This document shows, piece by piece, positions 35,601-48,625 of a DNA stretch of 64,000 nt. Source of the DNA: Lingula anatina (Eukaryota > Animalia > Brachiopoda); contig CM120646.1 in the NCBI GenBank assembly GCA_051362555.1, positions 1,178,001-1,242,000 on the forward strand. The letters run 5' to 3'. The notes under the pieces were generated by a model. It was not told the DNA's origin. It worked only from the letters and a program-made list of their open reading frames with translations, and searched no databases. Position 1 is the first letter of the stretch. Each line of letters starts with the position of its first letter. A program made the translations under genes and the position numbers.

Positions 35601-38600
35601 GGGGAGCAGAGAACTTAAATGCAATGGAATGTTTGGCTTACTCTAGAAAGGAGTCGACAGATAGGTCGTGCAACCAAAGAATCTATTGTTTTTACACTGA
35701 CAAACAGCGCTAGTTGCAGTCAGTGCTTATTGCTGTTATGACTCTTTAAAAAAATCCATGCATGAATACAATACCTCTACAAAACCATACCCATGGCTTA
35801 ATTTCGCTACAACAAACTAGACACTGCAGGTTGAACACTATCTTAACAATTGCACTGTTCCCATTTTAAATGATTCTGAATTATACAAATTATCACATGT
35901 GCATGTGTGAGTCATTGACTTACGTTTTTTAAAGACACGATGATCATAACAAAACAATATCAAATTTAAAAAAAAAGATATTTCACACAAGCTTTTTTCA
36001 CCATAAATCCACCCCTTAAAAATGACCCTCTCTCCACCCTCAGGTGTACCAGCTGAAAGCGTAGAACAGGTGGCTAAGATAATGCAGGACAACGACCAGA
36101 TCATCTCTCTGGCTAAAGATGGCGACGGCTTCTTCTACAGCTTCGAGTGCGGCCCTCTGAAACAGGAGTACACGTTTAAGCTGGGAGAGACGTTTGAACA
36201 CTTGATGCCGCATGTGAACAAAATGGCAAAGGTGAGACAAAGGACAGAGCCGCCGGTTGTGATTTTGGTTTTTATTGTCCTTATCTGGAAAAATATAATC
36301 TAGCTTTCTTACAGGTCCTTTTTTTAAATTTATGTGGTGCATGTGCACTAGTGAAGCCTAGAAGTGCAAGTGTACGAGAGATTGGAAACGTGACACTGAA
36401 GCTCTGACATTATGAATTATCGGAAAAAGAATAAACGCGGTCTGCTGTCTGTAGATGGTTTGGAGCAAGACATCTTTAAATGGTAATAGAACTCTTTTTG
36501 CCTTTTGAAAAAAAAATAAATTAGCGGTTAATAGTTCTTGTCACGCATACTCAGATGTGGCAGGATAGGAATGACAGGCCTAGGAATGGAAGTGCGGTTT
36601 TCCATCAGTTTAGGATTAGTTGGGGTATTGGGGTTAATGTATGGGACAAATGTCACCTGTTCAATGTATTATATGGGAGTGAACTACGGTTCCTAGAGGA
36701 CTTCCATTCCTGCCACAACGGGTGCACCATAATGGAATGACTGCTTCAGACGAGAGGTACAGACTTTGGGGACTCTGATCTACTGCATAAAGGCCAAGGC
36801 CCCGTTCCCAAAGCCACCATCGGTCTGCATAGATCGATCCAACTCTGCAGGGACTCTCGCTGAGTGCAATCAGCGTTACTGAATAACGCGCCTACAGTTG
36901 TTTCCAACATACTCATATAAGCACAAGCAAACAAACAAACAAACAAACAAACAAATCAATGAGTAATGCATTCCCCAATTCTATAATCTTCTTTCTCAGA
37001 GTAGTTAATAAAAAAAAAAAACAAACACACTACATAAACAAACAATAAATAAATAAAGGTATCAGTAGGACAGTGTCCAATAATTTTAATATATTTTCTC
37101 GAATTTGCGAAACGTACACATTCAAAAGATTTACTATTCAATTTTATCCATTCAGTACAGAATAACACTTGTCTGTATTAAAACTCTATATAACTCTGTA
37201 TAACAACTCTGTTATAGTTTCCTATTTCCAATAGAGTTGTTATAAGACAGTGTCTGGTACAAACAGACCTTTTATCTGGAACGTTTTTGATTTGCCCGTA
37301 CAAACTACTCAAAGGTATATAAATAATATTTTTACGTAATCAATTACTATCTCTACGTACGCAAAAAGTGCATTTATAAATTGTCTGGAAATGTAAACGC
37401 ATGAAATTCGCGGAGACCCTAATTGATTATTTCACTTAAGGCAACATTTAAGGTTAGATGTCAAACACGTGTTATAATTTTTTGGGGATGGGTTAAGGTA
37501 ATGAAAGGGTAATTAAAGATTTTTGAGAACCTCCGGCAAAATCATTATTTTTTTATCTTTTTCGCGCTATTAACTACGAACTTTGTGCACACATGACGTA
37601 ATTTCTGCTAGAAATCGTTTCAATTAAGTGTTTGTTCATGTAGCGTTGCATTACGTTTTTCAATTAACAGAATAAAGAATTACTATTGGCAGACTAATCA
37701 AATACTGTAGTTTTTTTCGTTTATCACCTATTATTGATCTGAGATGGATGCCCCTAACTTCCTTTCGTTTCTGTCGGGAAAAATAATTATTATCGTGAAA
37801 TTAAGAGAGTGCATGTAAATTTGTCCTTGCTTTGAATCAATTTCCCATTTTTATACATTTGCATAAGTTTTATATTCATCATAGCAACTACACATCGCAA
37901 TATCCAATAAGTTGATATGCCTGAAGGTGAAAACCTAGTTAACCGTCCAAAAGGAAGAGCAGACGAATGTTTTCCCTGTCCTATGCATGTGCGTATGAAG
38001 CTCTGAGCTATGGTTATAAGCAGTTTTACGAAACCTGACCCTTTAGGCAGGAACGTTACCGTTGACAAGGGATGAATCCACAGTTTTCCTTTGCCAAAAA
38101 TCATAATATAAATAAATAAATAAGTATAAATAAACAAATAAATGATATGAAAATTAATAATAAGATATGTTTGAGTAAGCCCCATCCCCACCACACCCGT
38201 CCCCAGCTAGATGTTGGTCTATGTACTGTCAGTGTGAACACGTACACCTACAAAGTGTTTGAAGGCACTCTTTGTATTGTGATGCACTGTATATGCCACT
38301 CTAAAACGTTCAGCTGTTTTCTCCATCCTGAGTTTTCAAAGGTCACGGGAGGCATGATGATTATATTTATGTGAGTTCTCAGTAACTTCTGAAACTCAGT
38401 GTGTATTTCTTGCTCTCCCTGCAGATCACGTTCAGCCTGGTGAACGGTTTACTGGTTGACGACATTGAGATGGAGGGAGCAGGGAAGATGACGTATTCAA
38501 GGGTGGTGGACGGGAATGACATGACTGTGGTAAGGACGTCTTCTTTTCTTTTCTTTTTTATTTTCAGTCTTTTTTCTCTTGCTTCACTTACAACTTGCAT

Positions 38601-38855
38601 CTCACTTCTACTTTCTGTCCTTCACAATTTTTAATTCTTGTCGTTTTTGCAGCATTTTTGTAACGTTTTTCCTCGCTCTTGATAAGCGCAGAGTAGGTCG
38701 TTTTATAATTTCACTTTTTATACATCTTCTAATTTATGATTAAATCTATTCGGTAAAAGCAAAAAATAAAATTTAAAAAATCGGTCCTTTATTTCCAGAC
38801 AATGAGTGCAGGCGGCCAGGCGGAGACAGGAAAGCGAAAATACAGGAGAATGTAG
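31128..38855 (+). CDS. Fatty acid-binding protein / intracellular lipid-binding protein (141 aa, 4 exons)
   Basis: Exons 31128-31203, 36044-36231, 38425-38529 and 38799-38855 have the canonical iLBP intron phases 1,0,0. N-terminal YLGKWVL (GxW), YTFKLGETFE, YSRVVDGNDM and C-terminal R-x-Y (KRKYRRM). Confidence 0.88.
32372..32538. mobile_element. Diverged MITE of the same family as 22367-22541
   Basis: Ends AGCGCATTCAG / CTGAATGCGCT; shared internal CAAATATGG..GACCCACTTGAAT and TCAGTGTCTA..TAGTGGGT.GCCA. Confidence 0.7.
32734..33140. mobile_element. Long-TIR MITE (~70-bp arms), TA-flanked
   Basis: ATGCCCCTATTTCACACAGACCACGAATCCCACGAATCGCCAGGAATTGA at the left and its reverse complement at the right; many ACGAAT/ACGATT subrepeats. 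Confidence 0.9.
33146..33319. mobile_element. Second, diverged right-half copy of the 32734-33140 MITE
   Basis: Repeats TTTTTGCCAC...GTTAAGAACTTCACGAACTGATTACGATTCAA...GGTCTGTGTGAAATAAGGGCATTA. Confidence 0.85.
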
Positions 38856-41351
38856 TGACGCACTGGGGAGTGACTGAAGGAAGACCAGGCACGCGTTTAC
38901 ACTGACCAAGAGGGTTAAAGACGAAAAAGTATTAGGATTAAAAAGAAAAATTGCCAGTGCACTATAAAGTGGAGAATAAGGACATGTTAGTGTGTGCGTT
39001 GTTCGTGAAGTTTTCGTGACCCCGGGCTATATGTGAAATATATGTCTTTTCCAATGCAACTGCTTCTTTTGAGGTTTAATTTTTTTCCTAAAAGTATGTC
39101 AACAAGCAAGTAGTTTCAAGTACACGAACGTGAAGTTTGTTGCATGAGTGTATTCATTTTATACTTCAAACAAAAAAAATTGGGTCTAATTTTTTATGGT
39201 CACTGTGTATAGTGCATGAGAAGTTGTCGTTATACTAAAATAAGATTTGAAAGAATCTATTTCGGAGAGTTAAGGATGGCTAGGAAGTAACAATGACAAC
39301 GATCGGACAGATAATTCCACGCAACCCGGTGAAGCAGGCAATAAGTAAGCCGACTGGAAATCAAGTCATCGCGATGATATTACGAAAAAATATATATACA
39401 TGTACGTTTTATTATGTAAATGTAATTTTTTGACGGACTGTGTGGCACTTCGTTTCTTTTTTATTGCTTATTTATACTTGTAACATTAAATATTTGTGAT
39501 ATTTCATGAAATAAAATGTATAGAGTAGACGGGTGACTAAACGTATGTAGAGAATGACTGGCGGGGGAGATACTGGTAGTCCATAAAACATTTAGTTCGA
39601 GATATTGAATGTTTTTATCAATTTAAGACACCAATTCTGAACAGTCGAAAGACAGCGCTTCTCCTTATTAATTTTTTTCATTATCGATAACGTCCAGTCT
39701 TACAGCATTACTATACAGTGTCATTAGTACGTTTGCACCTAAACTTGGTCTTGATTTAGTGGAGACAATTCCACCGTACCCTTTACCAGGGTCACAGACG
39801 GTTTTTTTTTTCACTAGATATTCACTGGTATGTCCCTGACTAATTCAAGACACAATTCTTTGCTGTGAGAAAAGTGCTCATTATTAATCTGCGGTCTTGA
39901 AAGAAGGTAATTCCACCATAATTTTCCTGCCAAATGCTTCACATCCGAAACAGTAATTAAACAGGAGCACTTAATTCACAGCACAGGTGTGAATTCCGGC
40001 GAACATAAATATGGTAGTCCTGGCCATCTAAGAGAGATATTTTAGGAAACTATCATCGGACTTCGAGGAAATTAATTCCATGTGTTATTAAGAAATACGT
40101 GAAGGTGGAAAGCACACGTTATACAACTCTGTATTGTTTTATATATTTTTTCCTTTACTGAGATTTTCGCATCTCTCTTCCTCTTCCCTCTCAATTATCC
40201 GCTAAACACTGTCTCATAAGATAAAATTTTTATTTATTTCAATGAAAACAAAACAAAATTCATAAATAGTACAAGTCCTCCCGCCTCCTGCGTATTTGAA
40301 CAAGCGATGATATGAAGATAATATAAACTATGTGAAACAATATATTAATGATTAATAAGCAATCATTAAACTTAAAACTTATTAATATACACCAGATCCA
40401 CAGAGTTAGAGAAAATAGCAGCTCTCTTTTTAAAGATTTCAAAGCTGGTGCCATTCAGAAGATCAAGGATGGCATAATTTAACACTCAAATAATTAACAA
40501 CATTTTAATACTGAATACTCAGAATAACAAGTAATACTCATTTGCCATCTTAAAGTCAGAACATACACATAATTACTATACCAGCACCTTATGTGTACAT
40601 ATTATAGAACCAAGGCAGTTCAACAAATATTTTTAGGTTTTTCTGATGAGTAAGATATTATTGTCAAATTATAAGAAATTTACAAGTACCAGTAATATCT
40701 TATATGTGTTGGAAAAAAAAAGCTCACCCCATCCCCCAGGGACATGTGTAAATATCAACAGAAATGGAGGGGGGCGAAAACGGTGGGGGGGGGGGGGCGC
40801 TTTGTTCTCCTTGCCATGAAATCACTTTTAAGTTAAAACAGCATGACACGATACTGAAGCAGTGCAGAATAAATATGGAGAGATGTGCAGGGATGTCCAA
40901 TGATGAATTGAGTTTTCTTCAAATCAGCATCATGATGAAAATATGTGATGGGTAATCACTGATTTGATTCAACTTTGCTCCTCTTCCTCCTGTTTCTGTT
41001 TTCATTAATCCCTGATTCTGTTCCTTTACTGTGAAGTTTCCCTCCCTGCTCTAACGTTACTTTTCTTCATAATCTTCTCCGACTCGACCTCCTGGTCTGA
41101 CCTTTGGCCTGTTCAAAGGAACAGAGATTATTAAAATTTTTCAAACTTTTCAATTTTTCTCATGTATCGCTTTTTTAAGATTTACCACTGTCAGACTGTC
41201 CCATTATTGTCCTTTCTGACACAGATGCAACTAATTTTCAAAACTTTTAATCAACATTAAGCAGTCCCTGCAACTGTAACATACATAAAATCTTATTCAT
41301 GTTGTACAAATATATAGTGTAATTACCATATTCTCCCTAGTGCCACCCTCA

Positions 41352-44300
41352 TCAAGACCTGCTCCCTGCTCTGTGTCTACTGTAGGTGTTCTCTGGGCCA
41401 GGAGATTCTTTTGAACGAGAAGATCTCTTTCCTCTGACAGAGTCATCAGGGGAGCTCTCTCTGGACTGGTGAGATTCAGCATTTTCCTCATCCTGTGGGA
41501 TCTAAAATGTAAAGGAATGTTTCTGTGCTCTATCATAGGCTGATGAATAGATTGTGTATTGTTTACAATACATTCAGGATTAAAAACCTGAGATATACCT
41601 GTAAAGCTTTACTTAATTGGTGTAGGGGGGTGACGGAGGGGGGTGAGAAAGGGGTTGGGGGGGGTGTCACCTCACAGGTAAGTGGACCACAGGTTACCTG
41701 ACAAAGCCAGCCTTAAGTCTGCCTTTAAAGGTATGACTCAGGTTTTTATTTCTATACAGTCTATAAAACTTTTTAAATTAGCAGTAAATGTTACATATGA
41801 CAAACACAGCAAAAAGACCACCTTGAGTGTCAGTGTACCAGTATCTTAAGTAAAAATTTGCCATACCCAGTGGCTGTGAGGTAAGGGAAAGTGTATGCTG
41901 GAAAATAGGCACTTATGATCAGTGTTAGGAAATCTGGGTGTAAGAGACTGTGATTATACACTATACATGTTTGTAGTCAGAAACCCACTTCCAAAAATCT
42001 TGAACCACAAAAGCCCAAAATTAGCATTGAGAATGACTTCTGAAGTTGCACTAAACCCAACGCTTTCCATGCCTCCCCCCCTTAAGCACTGGATATATAT
42101 CTTCTCCCCCAGTGCAGTAAATGGGATGGAGGGAAATATAATTGTCTCATCACTGTAATATATAATTTTCTCATCTACTACTATAACCATGCTGAAACAT
42201 TCCAGGAGAACCCCCCCCCCCCCCCTCTCCCCCCCCCCATTCAGCCTCCCCGAGAACTGCCAGTAGTAATAAAGCCTTCCTACCATACTACGTAATACTA
42301 ATTGATTAGATTACTTCCTGCTTTATCGCCACTTTCATCAAAGTGTGACATCTGGTACAAGCCTGTGAGTTATCTGATTATGAATCATCCAGCCGTAGAC
42401 GATCAATCACTTAGTTTAACCTACTTCAGGCTTCATTTGGTCATTATCAAGGTTAATCCATGTGGAACAGAATTATCATGTTCTTATTAAGTGAAATTAA
42501 CACGAGTTCCTTTAAATTATATTTCTGATAATTGAAATATTTTTTTCTTTTTTTTTTCTGTGTGTAAATGTGTGTTTTAAAGGCATGTTTGTAAAAAACA
42601 TTCTTTTTTTGTTTTTTGTATATTTTTAAAAATACATATTTGTAATAAATAAACATTCTTCTATTTTTTGCAAATAAGTCTACGAGTGCATGTGTGTGTG
42701 TGTTTGTGTACATGTACGAGTGCATGCATGTGTGTGTGTGTGTGTGCATGTGTGTGTGTGTGTGACATCTTCCATCAGTCTCACAATCATCACCACTGTG
42801 TCAAGTTTTTCACCAATAGCCACCAAGACAGCAACTCCGCCTAATTAAGTACAAAATAAAAATCTGAATTTAATGAACTAACCTCAGTGTCCTCCTCAGG
42901 ATTTTCTGACGATGCTCTATGCGATGGCGGGGGTTTATAAGTAGTACTGGTGTGATCCATACAGAAAGGGATGTGCTTGTTGGCGGCCGTGGAACTGAAG
43001 TAACGATAGCAGAATTGGCACTGGATACGCTCTGTAAGAAATAAGACACATTTCAAAACATATGACAAATACTCTGGTCAGTAGAGTCTTATTGATTCTG
43101 TTTACTCAGGCATTGGTATAGAATTTTGCAGATGAATGTTCTGCAAGACACTTAATGATGCTACAAGTCTGTTCAGCTTAGTGAACAGGAAAATAATCCA
43201 CCAAACACCTAAACCACATTATCAGATGTGTGTGTGTTTTTTTTCTTTTGTTGAGGTTAAAGAGACAAAGAAACCATTAAGATGATAAACCACAACACAT
43301 TTTATGCAGCTGGCTGCCTTCTGGTAAATTTTGGACCAAATTTCAGTTTAATTTCAGACCCTGTGTGAACAGACATTTAAAGTGGCATCTTCATACTTGG
43401 ATCATTAAACTTGTATGTTGGAGTCTCTTCATGAGATGGGTGTGACTCCTTTTTAGCTGCACGTGAAGCTTTTTTGTCAGAGCGCACTTTATTCAACATT
43501 TCCTCTCGTTGCTGGCGCCAGTCGCTCTCTGTGTTGTATCGTGCTGACCACGGGCCGCAGGTTTTTTCATGCTTTATCTGATATGAAAATAAACGAATAG
43601 TTATTAATAAACAGACAATAAAGAAATATCATATTAACTTGGAACGAAATTCAACTCAACGTTATTTTTTCATTAAGCATGCCAGTGACTTACTTTACAG
43701 ACAAAAAAAAATAAAAAATAAAAAATAAATAAATAAATAAATAAATAAATAAAAATAAATAAATAAATAAATTAAAAAAAATAAATTAAAAAATAAATAA
43801 ATAATAATTATAATCACATGACAAAATTTGAGATTCACAGAGAACTTTGTAGGCATGTCTTACCAGATTTGTAAGAGTGAACATCTTAGTGCAGTTGGGA
43901 CATTGGAATTTTCTGATATCTCTGCTGTCTTGTTCCTCATCTAAAAAGAAAGAGGAAAGAGAGATTATAATTTAATGTGTTTCTAACATTGTGATTTATG
44001 TTACAGTAACTGTTGAAATATTCTGCTACAACTTGATATAAATTCTATAAAGCTGAAAGTTTCATCATGCTGAAATTAAATTAAAAACCTTGTTGCTCAC
44101 ATGCATATACTGTATATCTGACTTCATGTTAAAAACAGGACTACTTAACTGACAATTAATGAAGCCACAATTCAACCCACTTTATTCAAAGGGTATAAGA
44201 AGAAGTTTTTTTTTTCTGCCACCCTCCTGTCAGATAGCAGTTGAAAATAGCTTTTCCAAGACAGTCATTAAAAGCGGTATGGTTTTGCTTTTATTCTTTT

Positions 44301-46012
44301 ACACAAAGATACATTCACCGTACACTGTGTACATACTAACACATGCACGCACACATGCATGTGCGCACACACACTTCTCTTACCATCTTCTGAGCTGTAA
44401 TAATCCTCAGTCTGGTCAACATAGGGTCCACCAGGCTTTGTCTTAGGAGTCCAGTCAAAGAGGTCATCGTCCAGGTCAGAGTCGTAGCCGTACATGTTGT
44501 ACTTGTGTTTCTTGTGACGTTGCCTACTGGGCTGAATAAGAGAGGAGACATGAGTTTATTGTTTCTGTTGTTAGAAAATAAATGCATATCTTGTTATATG
44601 TTATATATGCATATCATGCAATCAGTGTTAGAAATTAATGCTGGACCGTCTGCCAGGGGCTGACAACTTTCAGAACGGGCTGAGAAGTTTTTTCCACCTG
44701 GCAGACATTCGAGCCAGCAACTTTTCAAGATGGCTGAATTATCCCAAGAGGCGAACACTGCATGCGATGTATTTAAATGAACATTACTTTGCCTATCATT
44801 TTAATTTGTTATCATTTGTAATCAATATAAAATACTCTCCCACTCGTTCCCCCCTCCCCCCCCCCCACACACACATACAGATAAACATACATACGGTTGT
44901 ATCAATTTTATCAAAATGCTAAATCCACTCCAAAAAATGGTTCCTAAGCAGCCTAGAAAAAGTTTGCTGATAATAAAAATATTTTTCTTCAAGACCATAA
45001 AACATTTGCTTTGTATAACACTTTAAAAAACTGCCTTTTGTCTATAAATAGATACTTTGAAAATGCTGTCAAAGTACTCAATTTCAAGATTTTCATTTCA
45101 GATAGGTATGTCTTTTTTACCTTGTGTGGTTTCTGTTTAGCAAAGTCATCGGGGGAGGCACGACTACTACTCCGAAACCCTGGAGTGCGCTGTCCGTACC
45201 TAGAGAAGTAAGGACTGCTAAAAATTGGGTCGTCGAAAAATGCTTCAAACTCCGTGTCAAAGTTCCCCATGTTACAGAAAGCACTGAAGGAAAACATGGG
45301 GACACCCCCGACATTGAAACTGGTCCTGAAGCTGCGGTTTGGTTTTCTCTCAGTGAATGGTTTTGATTTTGGTTTGGACTTTGGCTTACTGTCCTTATAA
45401 CTATTGTTGTACTTTTTATAAGCACCAGGCGTGTCATCAGCCGTGTCTGAGGAGTCGTTAAATTTGAAGTCAAACCCATCCCGGAAATTGGAGAAAGGTG
45501 AGCTTGTGGAGTAAAAGTGATATCTGGATCGGCCTCCATAACCAGTTTTACTGGAGTAAGATGTACTGCTCTTTGCCATACTGCACTTCTTCTTTATTTC
45601 TTCAAAGTCACAATCCAGATGGTAAGACTCTCTGGAATCTTCATCTTTCAGAGCCTCATAGGCCTCTTTCACCTCCTAAATAAGACAAATTCAATATCAA
45701 ACTGACTATTAGCGATGGATTTTTATTTCAGAACAGCACATATTCTGTCTGTCATGAAATAATACAATTATTAAATTTTCAGTGTATTTTAATCAAACAG
45801 AAAATTTAATGTTTAATTTATAACTTAAGAAAACATAACATTGGGAAAATCACATTAAAAAATAAATAAATACCTACCCTAAACTTATCGTTAGCATTGT
45901 GGGAGCTGTTTTTGTCAGGGTGCAGCTCTCGGGCCAGAGTGTGGAAGGCCCTCTTGATGTCCTTGTCCCCGGCCCCCCTAGTGAGCCCTAACACAGCATA
46001 ATGATCCTTCAT
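41352..46012 (-). CDS. J-domain (DnaJ/Hsp40) protein with two C2HC zinc fingers (~464 aa)
   Basis: Exons 46012-45878, 45675-45121, 44531-44384, 43940-43864, 43577-43397, 43031-42883 and 41501-41352 are in phase. J domain DHYAVLG...LHPDKN...EAYEALKD; G/F/S-rich linker; CPNCTKMFTLTNLIKHEKTC and CQFCYRYFSSTAANKHIPFC; in-frame TAA just upstream of the ATG. The last exon assignment is less certain. Confidence 0.82.
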
Positions 46013-46850
46013 CTTGATGCTGAATTATCCACTCACCAATATTTCTGGATATATCACAAATTTTTCTGTTAGTACATGGATGTTTCTTCCTCAGAGTCTG
46101 AAAATGTTTGTGTTGGTCAAGGCGTTAGTATGCTGTTGATTCCCTGAGCAAGATGGATCAGGACCAACACAATCTGGAACAGCTAGTCAATACAACTAAC
46201 ACAATCCTGGCAATGGAGGAGCTACTGAGCACAATGAGGCACAACCAATCACTTCAGGCACATCTAACACAATCCTGGTCCTAGTTCAAGCTGTCCACCC
46301 ACCATCCTAACTGAGACTGCCACAAAGAGACTGCCCACCCTGAAAAAATAATAACAATATTTTTAGCAAATCACAATACACCTTAATTTTACTCTTTAAC
46401 TATATATGATAAAATAGGTTTTCAGCGTCATTTAAGTACTAGTAATGAAGATTATCAAAAATTCAGTAGATAGTTTTTAAAACTTTCCCAAACTCTGACT
46501 AAGACCTGATGCCCCTTTGACCCTATCATTCATACCATTCCATTCTTACCAACAGAAATAAACACCACAGACACCTGTCCAGAGATTTGTATCAATATAG
46601 TATGGAGCAACCTTGCCTTAACCATGGCTGTAGTTACTGTTAGGCTGCCGCAGTGGAAGCACATAGCTCCTCTGGTATTTCCTTTATATACTAGCATTCT
46701 AGTAATAAAGCCAGACCCCAAGGAAATGGTCTGCTCCCCCCCACCCCAACTCTCATAGAAGGTGCGCAATTTTCAACAGCGTTTGTGTTATATATTTCAA
46801 ATTCATCAATTATTAAGGTTAATAATATTCAGTAAAAGCCACGTCTGGTT

Positions 46851-48625
46851 AATAATAATAATAATAATAATTTAATAATAATAATAATAATTTATTGTCA
46901 TATTTATACAAATATAAAATGAAAGTTGGTATGATCTGTCGATAAAATGTGATACAGTGGAATTATTAAAATACATTTTGTTCATTAAAAATACGTACTG
47001 CTGATGGATAAAAACTATTCTTAGTGCGCGTGGAGGTTGCTTTTAATGACCGCAGTCGGCTTGTTGACATATGCATAAGTAGGCTATTCGCTGGGTGACC
47101 AGGGTCACTCGTGATTGACTTTACTTTCTTGAGCACTCGTCTCGTATACAAACATTCAATAGACGGCAGGTCCCTACCTACAATGCGCCTGGCAGTTTTT
47201 ACTACGCGGTTGAGGCGATTCTTGTCCTCTACTGTAGCACTACTGTACCAGACGGTGAAAGATTGTGTTAGCACACTCTCAATCACAGCCCGGTAAAACT
47301 TTGCCAGCAGTTCTTGGTTGACATAGAATGACCTCAATCGTCGTAGAAAGTAGAGTCTTTGCTGAGCTTTGCGGACAATATCATCTATGTTAATGTGCCA
47401 TTTAAGATCATCAGATATATGTATGCCAAGAAATTTGAAATGTCTGACTATTTCAACCTCAGAACCATTCAGCGTAAGATGGCTAATTTCTGTTGGGTTT
47501 TTCCTAAAATCTACAATAATTTCTTTTGTCTTTTTAACGTTAAGCTCGAGGTCGTTTTCAGAGCACCATGAAACAAGGGCCGAAACTTGATTTCGATAGT
47601 CAGACTCGGAAGTGCTAATAAGGCCAGCGCAGGTGGTATCATCCGCAAACTTAACAATCAAGCAATCAGGATACGAAGCCACACAGTCGGATGTAAACAG
47701 AGAATATAAGAGAGGCGAAATGACGCAGCCCTGAGGCGTGCCAGTATTTATCTCTATAGTCTTGGAAAAGTTATTGCCGACTCTGACCTGTTGTGTACGA
47801 TTAATTAAGAAATTTAAAATCCAATTACTTAGTGATTTACTAAAATGGAGAGAGTTAATAAGTTTTTCGTGAAGTTTAAAAGGCGATATCGTGTTAAAAG
47901 CAGAACTATAGTCAATAAAAAGTAACCTTGCATAGTTAGGGATTTTACGATCCAAAAAAGTAAGAACATTATGTAGAGTAATAGCAACAGCATCTTCCGT
48001 CGACCTGTTTTTTCTATATGCAAATTGAAAAGGGTCGAAGGACGTCGGTAATTTTGATTTCACATGTTGCATAACAAATTTCTCAAGCACTTTCATAACA
48101 ATGGAAGTTAGAGCTACAGGCCTAAAGTCATTAAGACAGGTAACAGGCGTGCGCTTTGGAACAGGTATTATCACAGATTGTTTAAATATTTTTGGCACAT
48201 AGCTAGAGCGTAAAGACCAATTGTAGATGTTGCACAGTACACCAGAGAGCTCATCGGCACATAATTTCAGCAACCTAGGTGTAATCCCATCCGGACCTGC
48301 CGCTTTCTTAACTTTCAATCTTATAAGACCAAGCCGGGTGTCTTCTTCCGACAGCTGGAAGGGTGCTTCTTTATCTCGGGAACAGATGATAGGAGATATA
48401 GTATTTGGTCTGTCGAAGCGGGCGTAGAATTCATTCAACTTGTCTGGTAGGCTGGTGTCATCCGTGGGTGAGAGTTTGGTTTTAGGTTTGTAGCCGGTGA
48501 TTTTGTTCACTCCCTGCCAGAGCTCACTAGAATTACAGCTGGAGATGTCTGCCTCAAGTTTATCTCTATACCGCAACTTAGCGCGCTTGATGGCCCGGCG
48601 CAGGTCATATTTTGACCGCTTGATG
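46851..48625 (-). mobile_element. 5'-truncated non-LTR retrotransposon (Rex1/Babar-CR1 group) with (TTA)n tail
   Basis: Uninterrupted RT ORF 46966-48639 with KAAGPDG, FRPVALTS, QFAYR, FIDYSSAFNT, GTPQGCVISP, KFADD, FLGIHI and KAQQRLYFLRRL. No endonuclease domain (truncated). Short 3' UTR followed by TTA repeats at 46851-46890. Confidence 0.93.

Noticed and set aside
37921-38055. Hammerhead ribozyme core (CTGAAG...CGAAAC)
   Set aside because: A9 is missing, there is no UH cleavage triplet after stem III, and no stem I pairing.
42760-42840. Extra DnaJ-gene exon directly after the second zinc-finger exon
   Set aside because: It would need a ~42-nt intron with a poor acceptor; unsupported.
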